DNA of 63,417 bases from Muribaculaceae bacterium (GCA_017424575.1 JAFOYQ010000134.1:1-63417); one strand, 5' to 3'. Positions 28,610 to 38,433 are shown, counted from the stretch's first letter. Numbers and translations are program-made. Notes: generated by a model from the letters alone, not told the origin.

Positions 28610-28855
28610 GATTGAAAAAAGATTATAAAATCGTAGTGTGCTGATAATGAAAAGGAAGGATTTTTGAGAAGAAAAATAAATTGAAAAAATCTTTCGAAAG
28701 TGTGATAAATATACGCTTTTAATGTTTTTCTTATCCAAAAAAATCACTATCTTTGCAATGAAAGAAAGCCTCAATTTAAGCCATTAGGTTTTAAATCGTG
28801 GAACTGAATTGGGTGAAAAATAATAGTTGTTTTATAGATAATTGTGTAAAAAGGT

Positions 28856-28884
28856 GAGCGGATTGTCGAGATGACAGTCCGCTC
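28856..28884. other. Strong isolated hairpin in a 570-bp non-coding region
   Basis: 12-bp stem GAGCGGATTGTC / GACAGTCCGCTC (one G-U pair) with a GAGAT loop. A T-run follows only on the - strand (ACCTTTTTAC). Confidence 0.6.
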
Positions 28885-29100
28885 ATAGTATATAGGTGAT
28901 AAAATATTCTTTCTGTATTCCGTTTGGGTATGAAATTATTGAGTAGTGAACCCAAAAATTCGTTGCAAAATCGGAAAACGCACCATTCTGGTAGTAAATT
29001 TTATAGGAAAACGCACCTTTTTTAGAAAATAAGTGAAAGGGGGAGCATGTCTTAAAGTGTATTTTGCGGGGTATTTGCGAGAAAAATCGGGAATTTAATT

Positions 29101-29108
29101 TATCTTTG
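29101..29108 (+). promoter_or_regulatory. -7 promoter box (TATCTTTG) for the LpxL-like gene
   Basis: Exact TAnnTTTG, about 73 nt upstream of the ATG at 29181. Confidence 0.4.
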
Positions 29109-29180
29109 TAGTGAGTTATTATGTGAAAGACTTGCTTGTTTTGAGTGGGTTGTGGTAACGGATAAAAACGAAGAAGAAAG

Positions 29181-30053
29181 ATGACATATCGGTTGATGTA
29201 TTTTGGGGCGAAAGCTTTGTCGTATATACCATTTTGGATGTTGTATATACTATCTGATATATTGTATTATATAGTGTATTACATAGTAAAATATCGTCGG
29301 CCATTGGTGCGAAAAAATTTGACAGAGTGTTTCCCCGAAAAGACTGAAAAAGAGATAATCAAGATAGAGAAAGGTTTTTATCATTTCTTGGTCGACACGA
29401 TTATGGAGAGCGTTAAGATGTTCTCAATTACTCCTAAGGAGATGAAACGTCGCATGAAACTCTTGAATGTGGAAGGGTTGATGGAAACGATGCGAAAGGG
29501 TCGCTCGGCATCGGTGTTTATGGGACATTATGGCAACTGGGAATGGGTGTCATCGTTACCAATACACCTTGATGATGGTATGCTCGGAGTGCAAATCTAT
29601 CATCAACTAAGCAATAAGGTGATGAATAAATTGGTGCTATATTCTCGTGGTAGAATGGGCGCAATAAGTGTGGAGATGAATAGCACTGTGCGTGGTATTA
29701 GCAAAATGGTGTCGGAAGGTAAAGTAGCAGCCATAGGGTTTATAGCCGATCAATCGCCACGAAAGAAAGATGCACACTATTTCTTGCCGTTTTTGCATCA
29801 TGAAATACCTGTGTTAACTGGGACTGAGAAACTTACAAAGCACTATAATTTTGAAGGTTGGTATCTCGATGTGCGCCGTGTGAAACGAGGTTATTACGAG
29901 GCTGAATTTGTGAAATTGCACGATGACCCTCGCTCGTTGCCCGATTTTGAATTGACTGAAATATATTACCAACGATTGGAACAGATGATAAAGGCACAAC
30001 CAGAGTTGTATTTATGGTCGCACAATCGTTTCCGTCTTGCTCGCAAAGGTTAG
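29181..30053 (+). CDS. Lipid A biosynthesis (LpxL/HtrB-family) late acyltransferase
   Basis: 290 aa with an N-terminal TM segment and the MGHYGNWEW motif characteristic of LpxL/LpxM. Confidence 0.8.
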   Translation: MTYRLMYFGAKALSYIPFWMLYILSDILYYIVYYIVKYRRPLVRKNLTECFPEKTEKEIIKIEKGFYHFLVDTIMESVKMFSITPKEMKRRMKLLNVEGLMETMRKGRSASVFMGHYGNWEWVSSLPIHLDDGMLGVQIYHQLSNKVMNKLVLYSRGRMGAISVEMNSTVRGISKMVSEGKVAAIGFIADQSPRKKDAHYFLPFLHHEIPVLTGTEKLTKHYNFEGWYLDVRRVKRGYYEAEFVKLHDDPRSLPDFELTEIYYQRLEQMIKAQPELYLWSHNRFRLARKG

Positions 30054-30058
30054 CCCCA

Positions 30059-31039
30059 CTATATAATACAACCTCGCTTAAGGAGGCATAGTAGGCTCCA
30101 ATGCTTGGTTATCATGTATTGGTATATGCGATATTTGCGTTTGCGATAGGGGTAGTTGTGTGGTAATGTCAAGGCAAAATCACGATACTCTATGCAGAGT
30201 GCTTTTTCTTCGTCGGTTTTTGCTAATTTCACCATCTTAATAATCATCTTAAATAGCACAAGAGCTGAAGGCATGCCGAGTCGCAATATCTCAGCATCGG
30301 AATAATTTTGAGATATATAAGTGAGTTTTGCACGGTCGGCTCTTGCATGATTTTCAGCCTTTTGGAAATTCATGGTGTGCACTATGCTACCAGGGTGTCG
30401 GAGGTATATGTAGAACGCCTTATTAATATGTCCACATTGGCGAGATGCTTTTATTAGTCGCCATATTGTTGCCACATCTTCAAAATATACACCTTCGGGG
30501 AACTCGATGTTTTCAAATAAAGACTTTCGGCAAAGGAGAGTACATACTGAATTGGGTATTTTGCTCTCAAAACAGAGTTTTAAGAAGTCGGCAGCGGGGA
30601 ATACGGCCGATGTGCCGTCAGACTTATACACCAATCTATCGCTACGATATTCATAGCGTTTGAGGAGGTGGCATGTTACTAAGTCAAGATTGTTTGACTC
30701 GGCTAAATTAAGCATTTCGCTATACATTTCGGGCTTTATGATGTCATCGCCGTCAACAAAAGCAACGTAGGGTGATGATGCAGCCTCAACGCCTTTGTTC
30801 CTTACATACGAGATGCCCGAGCGATCGAGTTTCAATACTTTTATGCGTGAATCTTGCTCGGCCAATTCCATACATACCTCATAAGATGAGTCGGTTGATA
30901 AGTTTTCAACCAATATTATTTCGATATCGGTCAACGTTTGATTCACGACCGATTCCACGCATTTGCGTAGATATTTCTCAACATTATGAACAGGAATAAT
31001 AATGCTAACTTTACTCATGAGATACGTTTCAATAGCCAT
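30059..31039 (-). CDS. Glycosyltransferase family 2
   Basis: SIIIPVHNVEKYLRKCVESVVNQT...FVDGDD (GT-A fold). The true start may be the internal MSKVSIIIP at 31018. Confidence 0.85.
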   Translation of the reverse strand: MAIETYLMSKVSIIIPVHNVEKYLRKCVESVVNQTLTDIEIILVENLSTDSSYEVCMELAEQDSRIKVLKLDRSGISYVRNKGVEAASSPYVAFVDGDDIIKPEMYSEMLNLAESNNLDLVTCHLLKRYEYRSDRLVYKSDGTSAVFPAADFLKLCFESKIPNSVCTLLCRKSLFENIEFPEGVYFEDVATIWRLIKASRQCGHINKAFYIYLRHPGSIVHTMNFQKAENHARADRAKLTYISQNYSDAEILRLGMPSALVLFKMIIKMVKLAKTDEEKALCIEYRDFALTLPHNYPYRKRKYRIYQYMITKHWSLLCLLKRGCII

Positions 31040-31107
31040 TTGCGAAATTATTTACAAAATAAGAGTATTTCTATATCTTCTGCAAGTGTTTTTCTCAAAA
31101 ACAATTG

Positions 31108-31115
31108 TATCTTTG
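31108..31115 (+). promoter_or_regulatory. -7 promoter box (TATCTTTG) for the first Stealth gene
   Basis: Exact TAnnTTTG. It lies inside the ORF-track extension, which supports the ATG at 31138 as the start. Confidence 0.45.
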
Positions 31116-31137
31116 TGATGCAATTATAGTAAATGGC

Positions 31138-32016
31138 ATGGATATAGTAATAACATACGTAGATGGTCTTGATCCAGAGTGGCAAAAAGATTATGAGCAA
31201 TATACCAATACACCGATTATGCAGAAGCGTTTTCGTAATTGGGGTTTGTTGCCATATCTTATGCGAGGCATTGAGGAGAATATGTCATTTATTCGTAAGG
31301 TGCATTTGGTGGTATCGCATCAATCGCAAGTGCCTGAGTGGGTTAATCGAGATGAGGTGAATGTGGTGCTACATAAGGATATTATTCCAGCCGAATATTT
31401 GCCCACGTTTAATAGTAACACTATCGAGACACACCTTCATCGCATAGAAGGTCTTGATGAGGAGTATCTCTATTTTAATGATGATATCTTCCCAGTGGCA
31501 AAATGTAGCCCCGAAGATTTCTTCCGTCAAGGAAAAGGTGTGATAGGTATTAGTCGCCATTTGTTTGCAACAGGTATGTTTAAGAAAATCTGCCGCAACT
31601 CTGATGCTTTGGCTCGTCGGGCTTTGGGTATTAAAAAATCATGTTTCTTTCTTCGCCCTCAACACATTTGTGCGCCAATGTTGCGAAGCGAATGTGAGCG
31701 ATTATATATGACTATACGTGAAGAAATACTGGCAACACTTTCACGCACTCGCACCGAGAAAAATGTGACTCAATACATGTTTACCAATTACTTATATCTA
31801 CAAGGTAAAATAATTAATGAGCGTATCTCTCGTCGACATTTTTCGGTAGCAGTTGCTTCGCCCAAATCGATGTGCCGTGCAATTGAGCAACCTTCACGCA
31901 AGTTGATTTGTATTAACGACGTGAAGATAAGTGAAGAACGCTATGCAACAATGCATCGCATGCTACACGAAACATTCCAAAAACGCTTCCCTCGTAAATC
32001 AAAATATGAGATTTAG
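31138..32016 (+). CDS. Stealth-family sugar-1-phosphate transferase paralog 1
   Basis: The N-terminus MDIVITYVDGLDPEWQ matches Stealth CR1, and RFRNWGLLPYLMRGIEENMSFIRKVHLV is CR2-like. Confidence 0.8.
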   Translation: MDIVITYVDGLDPEWQKDYEQYTNTPIMQKRFRNWGLLPYLMRGIEENMSFIRKVHLVVSHQSQVPEWVNRDEVNVVLHKDIIPAEYLPTFNSNTIETHLHRIEGLDEEYLYFNDDIFPVAKCSPEDFFRQGKGVIGISRHLFATGMFKKICRNSDALARRALGIKKSCFFLRPQHICAPMLRSECERLYMTIREEILATLSRTRTEKNVTQYMFTNYLYLQGKIINERISRRHFSVAVASPKSMCRAIEQPSRKLICINDVKISEERYATMHRMLHETFQKRFPRKSKYEI

Positions 32017-32027
32017 TTAAATAATAG

Positions 32028-33032
32028 ATGACAATGAGTCTAAACGATAAAATCGATGCCGTAATCACATGGGTAGATGGTAATGACCCAGTGCATCAAG
32101 CTAAACGCGCCCAATTCCTTACCAATAAACGTGAAAATGCACGAAAAGATGTGGCTGGAGAAACTCGCTTCAATCAAGTGGGAGAGATATATTGTTGCAT
32201 CGCTTCGATATTGCGTTTTGCGCCATGGATTAATAAGATTTATATCGTTACGGATAACCAAGACCCTCATGTAGAGGATTATATAAAGATTCATTTTCCC
32301 GACAATAAGATTCCAGTTGAGGTGGTTGACCACAAGGTTGTGTTTGAGGGATATGAGAAGCACTTGCCCACATTTAATTCGTTGGCTATCACATCGGTGT
32401 TGTGGCGTATTCCAGGCATAAACGAGAGGTTTATCTTGTTTAATGACGATGTAATGCTTCAACGCCCTGTAACTCCCGAAGATTTCTATCGCGACAATAA
32501 GATAGTGCTTTATGGTCGTCGTTGGATTTCAGTAAATGAGACTCGTATAACTCTTGTTTTGCAGACACTTATGCGTCGTTTGGTGGGTAAAAAGGCGTTG
32601 CTTTCGTTTAAGAAATTTATGTATAATGCAGCACGAGTGACACAAAGTGCTCGATTCGTGCGTCTTGATCACACTCCTCATGCATTTTTCAAAAGTGTAT
32701 TTAGTGAATTTTATGCAGCAAATCCTCAATGTTTAGAGGATAATGTGCGTCATCGTTTTCGCAATAAAGAGCAATATAGTGCAGCCGAGTTACATCATCT
32801 TCTTGCGGTAAAACAAGGCCGTGCAGATGTAGCGTTGCGCAAAAAATGTGGAGTAACACTTTCGCCATATATGTATGATATAGAGGGGCTTAAAAGAGAA
32901 TTGCAGAAGATAGCCGATGATGCTCAATGTCTTTATTTCTGCGTTAATTCGCTTGACCAATCATCTCCCGAGCATATTGATATCGTAAATGCTTGGATGC
33001 GCAATGTGTTGTCGCTCAAAGCCGAAGCTTAA
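32028..33032 (+). CDS. Stealth-family sugar-1-phosphate transferase paralog 2
   Basis: IDAVITWVDGNDPVHQ (CR1), RFNQVGEIYCCIASILRFAPWINKIYIVTDNQ (CR2) and ILFNDDVML (CR3-like). Confidence 0.85.
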   Translation: MTMSLNDKIDAVITWVDGNDPVHQAKRAQFLTNKRENARKDVAGETRFNQVGEIYCCIASILRFAPWINKIYIVTDNQDPHVEDYIKIHFPDNKIPVEVVDHKVVFEGYEKHLPTFNSLAITSVLWRIPGINERFILFNDDVMLQRPVTPEDFYRDNKIVLYGRRWISVNETRITLVLQTLMRRLVGKKALLSFKKFMYNAARVTQSARFVRLDHTPHAFFKSVFSEFYAANPQCLEDNVRHRFRNKEQYSAAELHHLLAVKQGRADVALRKKCGVTLSPYMYDIEGLKRELQKIADDAQCLYFCVNSLDQSSPEHIDIVNAWMRNVLSLKAEA

Positions 33033-33041
33033 GATTCGCTA

Positions 33042-33989
33042 TTATTTTTCAAATTGAGATTTTTTTGGAAAGCGTTTCTCAAGAAATGCTTTTGCGTGTT
33101 CACGATGGCTATTGTTTGCAAGTTCGGTGTCATTCATGCAGAAAAATAGCGGTGTATATTTTTTGAATTTAGTGAAATGGATATCGAGGTGAATGCTGAT
33201 TTTGAAAGATTCTTTACGATTAACGTATCTCGCGCGTCCACGCTTTTTTGCGAGTGGAGCATAAGAGTATATGCATCGTTGAACATCACCCGACTTGCGC
33301 ACGTTGTTTCTTAATGTTGCACCGATTTCATGCTTGAATGTTTCGTGAGTGTGCTGATAGTCGCTTTTTAGGTAAGCATCTATATTGTGGTGTGGTTGCC
33401 CTCCGAAATAAGCCCCATGACGTTTCTCAACCATGTTGGCTGCCAATTTGATAGATTGAATGTAATAACTAAGTTTTTGTTTTTTAATCTTCTCTTTATA
33501 AAGCAAAGATAATTTCCTAAATCGGCGACGGTTTAAGCGAATAATAGGTAAGCCATTGGCATCAAAAAATGACGCAGGGGTAGCAGGTTTGTTGAGAAAC
33601 ATATCATCATTGCCATATAAGAAATGTTCCGATAGTCCTGGGATTTTCCATAAGAAATGTTCAATCAATGCAGAATTGAAGCATGGTAGGCTCTCTTGTG
33701 GTAATATTTCAGAATGGTCAACGATGTGTATTTTGGGATTAGAAGTATCTAACCACTTAGGTACTTGATTGTCGGTAACAATATGAATGGTTCTAATCCA
33801 AGGAGCATATTTCTCTAATGAACGAAGACTATATTTCAATTCATCATTATCGGCATATCTACCTTCGCAATTAACCAGCGATTGAGTTTTGTCAACACCT
33901 ATGTGAACATCTTTCTTGGCTCTCCACACGGGGTCACTTCCGTCAACCCATAGGTAAACAAAATCAATGTCGGGGATATTTTTTGTCAT
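33042..33989 (-). CDS. Stealth-family sugar-1-phosphate transferase paralog 3
   Basis: IDFVYLWVDGSDPVWR (CR1), NDELKYSLRSLEKYAPWIRTIHIVTDNQ (CR2) and LYGNDDMFL (CR3). Confidence 0.88.
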   Translation of the reverse strand: MTKNIPDIDFVYLWVDGSDPVWRAKKDVHIGVDKTQSLVNCEGRYADNDELKYSLRSLEKYAPWIRTIHIVTDNQVPKWLDTSNPKIHIVDHSEILPQESLPCFNSALIEHFLWKIPGLSEHFLYGNDDMFLNKPATPASFFDANGLPIIRLNRRRFRKLSLLYKEKIKKQKLSYYIQSIKLAANMVEKRHGAYFGGQPHHNIDAYLKSDYQHTHETFKHEIGATLRNNVRKSGDVQRCIYSYAPLAKKRGRARYVNRKESFKISIHLDIHFTKFKKYTPLFFCMNDTELANNSHREHAKAFLEKRFPKKSQFEK

Positions 33990-34006
33990 CGAAATATGCT
34001 ATTGGA

Positions 34007-34052
34007 TAAAAAAATAAGGAGATGCATCATTTGCGATAGAAAACATCTCCTT
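34007..34052 (-). terminator. Intrinsic terminator after panB
   Basis: 9-bp stem AAGGAGATG / CATCTCCTT. On the - strand it is followed by ATTTTTTTATCC. Confidence 0.65.
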
Positions 34053-34071
34053 AATATTGTAAACGAGAATT

Positions 34072-34890
34072 TTAATATTGTTCCTTTTCGTTGGGGAAGT
34101 CGTTGGTTTTTACATCGTCGATGTAGTGAGCAACTGCATCGTTGATGATTGTTGAAAGGTCGGCATAACGACGGAGGAATCGTGGAGAGAATCCTTTATT
34201 GATACCCAACATGTCGTGCATCACAAGCACTTGACCATCAACACCACCACCTGCACCAATGCCTATTACAGGAATCCCAACCTCTTGGGCTACACGTGTA
34301 GCAAGCGTAGCGGGGATTTTTTCAAGCACGAGAGCAAAACAACCAATTTCTTCGAGCATTTTGGCGTCTTCGATGAGTTTGTTTGCTTCAGCCTCCTCTT
34401 TGGCGCGCACAGCGTATGTACCAAATTTGTTGATAGATTGAGGGGTAAGACCGAGGTGTCCCATTACTGGAATACCTGCGCATAATACACGCTCAATAGA
34501 TTCGCGAATTTCGCTACCACCTTCCATTTTCACTGCTTCGGCATGGCTCTCTTTCATGATGCGAACAGCCGATGCAAGGGCTTCTTTAGAGTTACCTTGA
34601 TAACTACCAAAAGGAATGTCACACACTACGAGTGCACGTTTAACAGCTTTAACAACGCTCTTTGCATGATAAATCATTTGGTCGAGAGTGATAGGAAGGG
34701 TAGTCATGTTACCTGCCATCACATTTGACGCAGAGTCGCCCACGAGAATAACATCCATACCTGCCTCATCGATGAGGTGAGCCATAGAATAGTCATAGGC
34801 TGTGAGCATTGCAATTTTTTCGCCACGTTGCTTCATCTCAGTGAGACGATGAGTGGTAACCTTGCGTGTATCTTGTAAATAGTTTGCCAT
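34072..34890 (-). CDS. panB: 3-methyl-2-oxobutanoate hydroxymethyltransferase
   Basis: 272 aa with [23 protein letters not shown] and [12 protein letters not shown]. Confidence 0.96.
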   Translation of the reverse strand: MANYLQDTRKVTTHRLTEMKQRGEKIAMLTAYDYSMAHLIDEAGMDVILVGDSASNVMAGNMTTLPITLDQMIYHAKSVVKAVKRALVVCDIPFGSYQGNSKEALASAVRIMKESHAEAVKMEGGSEIRESIERVLCAGIPVMGHLGLTPQSINKFGTYAVRAKEEAEANKLIEDAKMLEEIGCFALVLEKIPATLATRVAQEVGIPVIGIGAGGGVDGQVLVMHDMLGINKGFSPRFLRRYADLSTIINDAVAHYIDDVKTNDFPNEKEQY

Positions 34891-34951
34891 TATATAGTTA
34901 TATTATAATTTTATGCAAATATACATCAAATCCCCGAGATATGGGGCATAT

Positions 34952-35563
34952 TTATGTTGTTTTTAATAGAGGAAATGCCAATGTAACACATCGAGAGGGT
35001 GTTGAGATGATTTCATGAGTTTGAATGTCTCTTATACCGTCGCAAGTGTTGACTTTAGCAATAGTCTCGTTGGGAGCAAGAGGGAGCATGATATCGTTGG
35101 CAAGCGAAATGCCGGGTGATTGGGCTACTTTGTAGATAGCCTCTTTCAAAGTCCAAGCTTTTAGCATGAGTTGAGGCGTAGTATATATATTCATTTCTTG
35201 TGGCGAGAGAAAACGGCTCTTGACTTTGATAATTTGCTCACGCCAATTTTCGATGTCAATACCTATGTTATGCAATGGGTTGTATGCAACGGCAATTTCG
35301 GTTGCGCTATGAGATATCGAGATATAACCATCTACTCCACAAAGCAATGGTGCACCATTTTCATCATGAGTAATATTTACGCTCTCTCCCCATATATCTT
35401 TTATTATAAGGTGTCGAGCAATGATTTCGCGTTTGCGACGAGGAGAGGATATAGAGTTGAGTTGTTCAATAATCTCTGCTGAACATTGAGGCAATAAAGA
35501 GTCAATCTCAGAGGGTAATTCTCTTATATATATATGTGTATTGTGAACAATTATTGGCGCCAT
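34952..35563 (-). CDS. 4'-phosphopantetheinyl transferase (Sfp-type)
   Basis: 203 aa with GIDIE and WTLKEAIYK motifs. Its start overlaps the stop of the upstream gene by 1 nt. Confidence 0.8.
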   Translation of the reverse strand: MAPIIVHNTHIYIRELPSEIDSLLPQCSAEIIEQLNSISSPRRKREIIARHLIIKDIWGESVNITHDENGAPLLCGVDGYISISHSATEIAVAYNPLHNIGIDIENWREQIIKVKSRFLSPQEMNIYTTPQLMLKAWTLKEAIYKVAQSPGISLANDIMLPLAPNETIAKVNTCDGIRDIQTHEIISTPSRCVTLAFPLLKTT

Positions 35564-36183
35564 TATTGATTTATTGTTTTAAGTGAGTGAATAATGTCGC
35601 GTTTCACAACATTGATAACTGGACGAATTGAGTCGATATTTTGGTTGTTCTCAACATATAAAGCCCCCGAAACAACCCAATTTTGATTGTCGGTAGATAG
35701 AAACTGTATGGGGGTAACCTTGCTTTGCTCGGTTATGAGTATTTGAGAGTAGAATTTGTTTGCGTTTGTTAATTCAATGAGTTCTGATGTAAGCCCACCC
35801 GAGTTGAGAGCCATACGCTCCGAACGGTTGGACAGCACCTCGTCAATCGTGGAGTCATCTACTTGAGTAAAAGTGCAATAAATTGTTGCATTGTAGGGCT
35901 TATAGTAGATATTAATCCAATGAGCATTGTTAAGGGTATTGGTCGAAATCGAGTCGAGAGTGATAGTTGCAATTTTGCTTATTTCAAAGTGAATAGGTGC
36001 ATTGTCCAATATGCAGAATGTGGAATCGTGTGTAACAATGCGAGGGAAAGCCTTGCGGCGAGGAGTTGCCACATTATTATCACTACATTCGCAGAGTATA
36101 AGCGACAACGCTATTGCCATAATCCACATGGGGAGCATAGCGAAAACGGCAGTGCTAAAACTACGATTTCTCTTTCGTGTCAT
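35563..36183 (-). CDS. gldD: GldD-like lipoprotein
   Basis: Lipoprotein signal ending LILCECS, and a PRRKAFPRI motif. The gene lies immediately downstream of a GldE-like gene, as in Bacteroidota. The start was set to the ATG at 36183, because the ORF-track extension overlaps gldE. Confidence 0.55.
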   Translation of the reverse strand: MTRKRNRSFSTAVFAMLPMWIMAIALSLILCECSDNNVATPRRKAFPRIVTHDSTFCILDNAPIHFEISKIATITLDSISTNTLNNAHWINIYYKPYNATIYCTFTQVDDSTIDEVLSNRSERMALNSGGLTSELIELTNANKFYSQILITEQSKVTPIQFLSTDNQNWVVSGALYVENNQNIDSIRPVINVVKRDIIHSLKTINQ

Positions 36184-36203
36184 CTTTGTCGAAGATGAAG
36201 TGA

Positions 36204-37523
36204 TTACTGTTGTTCTTCGGGCATGATTTTCACTCTCACACTTGTGATGCGATGATGGTTGATGTCGAGAATCAAGAAACGGCATCGGCCATATACGAGA
36301 GGTTCTTTCTTCTTAGGGAAGTCTCCTTTGAGGTTGAGGAGCATTCCTGCAAGGCTTTCTGCTCCCTCGGTGATTTCGGCATAGTCTTCCTCTTCAAGGT
36401 CTGTTACTTTGAAGAAGTCGCTGAGAAGAGTTTTGCCCTCAAAAATATAAGTATCATCGGGGAGACGTTGATAGTTAACCTCCTCTTCATCATACTCATC
36501 GTTGATGTCACCTACGATTTCTTCGAGTACATCTTCAAGTGTGACAATCCCTTGAGTTCCACCAAATTCGTCAACAACTATGGCAAGATGGATTTTAAGT
36601 TTACGGAAGTCTTCAAGAAGATCATCAATCATTCGTGATTCGGGCACGAAATATGGTTGACGAATCAACGATTTCCAATTAAAATCCTCAATATTTTTGC
36701 CAATATAAGGTAGTAGGTCGCGGCTATATAGCACGCCTTTGATATTGTCTTGGGTCTCTTCATATACAGGGAGACGAGAGTAGCCACTTGAAATTACAAT
36801 TTCCATCACCTCGTCAAATGTAGAGTCGATATCAATGTCGGTAATATCTACGCGAGGAGTCATAATTTCCTCTACGGTTTTGTCGCCAAATTTCAAAATG
36901 CCTTCAAGCATCTCCTTCTCATCGTCGGCTGCTACATCGGTGATTTCGAGGGCTTGACTAAGTTCATCGGCCGAAATATTTTGTGATTTTTTAGTCACCA
37001 CACGATTTACGATAATCGAACTACACATCAATAGCGATGAAAGTGGCTTGAATATTTTAGTTAAGAATCCAATGCCCGATACTGCAAATTTTGCCCACGT
37101 AAGATTGTAGCTATTAGCATATAATTTAGGGAGAATTTCGCCAAAGAGAAGAATAAGGAATGTGAGTATTACTGTTTGCAAAATAAAACTCAACACTGCT
37201 GACATGCTACTAAAGATAGGTCCTAATGCGAAGTTACATAGGATAACAATTGTTACATTCACCGTGTTATTGGCAATAAGAATTGTAGCCAATAGTCGTT
37301 CGGGGTCCTTAAGTAATTTGGTGATTGCTTCGCCTTTAGGGGTATCTTCAAGCTCTTCGAGCTGAGAAGGAGTCAAAGAAAAAAACGAGATTTCGCTTCC
37401 TGAGATAAAGCCTGAAATTAAAAGGCCTATTGCTGCGATAGAAAGAGCAATGATTTGTGAAAAACCAAAATCAACTGCAATTTGAGCCAACAATGAAGTG
37501 GCAGGTAACGGGTCTATATCCAA
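36204..37523 (-). CDS. gldE: GldE-like / CNNM (DUF21)-CBS-CorC_HlyC family membrane protein
   Basis: 439 aa. Four N-terminal TM segments, a CBS pair (TPRVDITDIDIDSTF...GYSRLPVYE) and a C-terminal CorC_HlyC domain. Confidence 0.75.
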   Translation of the reverse strand: MDIDPLPATSLLAQIAVDFGFSQIIALSIAAIGLLISGFISGSEISFFSLTPSQLEELEDTPKGEAITKLLKDPERLLATILIANNTVNVTIVILCNFALGPIFSSMSAVLSFILQTVILTFLILLFGEILPKLYANSYNLTWAKFAVSGIGFLTKIFKPLSSLLMCSSIIVNRVVTKKSQNISADELSQALEITDVAADDEKEMLEGILKFGDKTVEEIMTPRVDITDIDIDSTFDEVMEIVISSGYSRLPVYEETQDNIKGVLYSRDLLPYIGKNIEDFNWKSLIRQPYFVPESRMIDDLLEDFRKLKIHLAIVVDEFGGTQGIVTLEDVLEEIVGDINDEYDEEEVNYQRLPDDTYIFEGKTLLSDFFKVTDLEEEDYAEITEGAESLAGMLLNLKGDFPKKKEPLVYGRCRFLILDINHHRITSVRVKIMPEEQQ

Positions 37524-37636
37524 AACTTTTGAAATTAGTTAAACAAAATAATAACCAACGTGGGGTTATTTGTTGTGCAAAATTAATGAAACTTTCTGAA
37601 TAAAGCGAATAATTTGCTAATTTGTTGACTTTTGAG

Positions 37637-37644
37637 TAAGTTTG
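37637..37644 (+). promoter_or_regulatory. -7 promoter box (TAAGTTTG) for cobB
   Basis: Exact TAnnTTTG, 44 nt upstream of the ATG. Confidence 0.45.
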
Positions 37645-37687
37645 CAATAGTAAAAAGAATTAAAATCACTCTAAAATCAAGAAAACT

Positions 37688-38380
37688 ATGAAAAAGAAAT
37701 TAGTTATTTCTACAGGGGCAGGCATTAGTGCCGAAAGTGGTATTTCAACATTTCGCGACACCGATGGGCTTTGGGAGAAATATCCTGTGATGGATGTAGC
37801 GAGTGCCGACGGATTTGCTCGAAATCCGGCGTTGGTTCACGAGTTTTATAATGCTCGTCGTAAGCATTTACTTACAACTGAACCTAATGACGCTCATCGC
37901 GGACTTGTTGATTTAGAGGAGTATTTCGATGTGCAAATTATCACACAAAATGTTGATGACCTTCATGAGCGAGCAGGTAGCGCAAATATATTGCATCTTC
38001 ATGGTGAATTGATGAAAATAAGGTCGATGAAAGATGAATCAAGAGTGTATCAACTCACTGCCGAAAATATTGAAACATCAATTAATACACGCGATGAATA
38101 TGGCGATCCAGTGCGACCTCATATTGTATTTTTTCAAGAGGCTGTTCCAAATATTGAGCCAGCTATAGATATGGTTCAAGAGGCTGATATATTTGTTGTT
38201 ATAGGCACTTCATTGAATGTTTATCCAGCAGCAGGGTTGTTGAGTTATGTGCGCCGAGGTGTGCCAGTGTATTATATCGACCCTAATCCTGCAAAAGTGC
38301 CTCCTGGGGTGGAGGTTTTGCCTATGGTGGCCACAGAGGGAGTTAAGGCTCTGAAAGAAAAGTTGATTGGCAAATGTTAA
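37688..38380 (+). CDS. cobB: NAD-dependent protein deacylase (Sir2/CobB family)
   Basis: 230 aa with GAGISAESGISTFRD, ITQNVDDLHERAG, HLHG and GTSLNVYPAA. Confidence 0.92.
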   Translation: MKKKLVISTGAGISAESGISTFRDTDGLWEKYPVMDVASADGFARNPALVHEFYNARRKHLLTTEPNDAHRGLVDLEEYFDVQIITQNVDDLHERAGSANILHLHGELMKIRSMKDESRVYQLTAENIETSINTRDEYGDPVRPHIVFFQEAVPNIEPAIDMVQEADIFVVIGTSLNVYPAAGLLSYVRRGVPVYYIDPNPAKVPPGVEVLPMVATEGVKALKEKLIGKC

Positions 38381-38401
38381 ACTTTCTAAATTTACAACCG
38401 T

Positions 38402-38433
38402 AAACGTCGGCACTTGCGTCGGCGTTTCTTTTT
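38402..38433 (+). terminator. Intrinsic terminator after cobB
   Basis: 10-bp stem AAACGTCGGC / GTCGGCGTTT (two G-U pairs) with a 6-nt loop, then CTTTTTTG. Confidence 0.7.

Noticed and set aside
30059-31039. The GT2 paralog reads VENLSTD where the other GT2 (57679..58662) has VDDGSTD, which could indicate an inactive enzyme.
   Set aside because: The downstream DxD motif (FVDGDD) and the overall GT-A layout are intact. I cannot judge activity from one substituted acidic pair, so I made no pseudo-enzyme claim.
31105-31137. N-terminal extensions in the ORF track. These are 31105 for Stealth-1, 21426 for the acyltransferase, 25880 for PduO, 49981 for FtsQ, 36285 for GldD-like and 16378 for YqeY-like.
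   Set aside because: In each case the extension overlaps an upstream gene or a promoter box. An internal ATG gives the N-terminus typical of the family, so the shorter starts were used.
37688-38380. The Sir2-domain protein as part of a defence system (Thoeris, DSR or SIR2-HerA type).
   Set aside because: It is a compact 230-aa CobB-type sirtuin with the complete deacylase motifs and its own promoter and terminator. It has no partner gene and sits between housekeeping genes.
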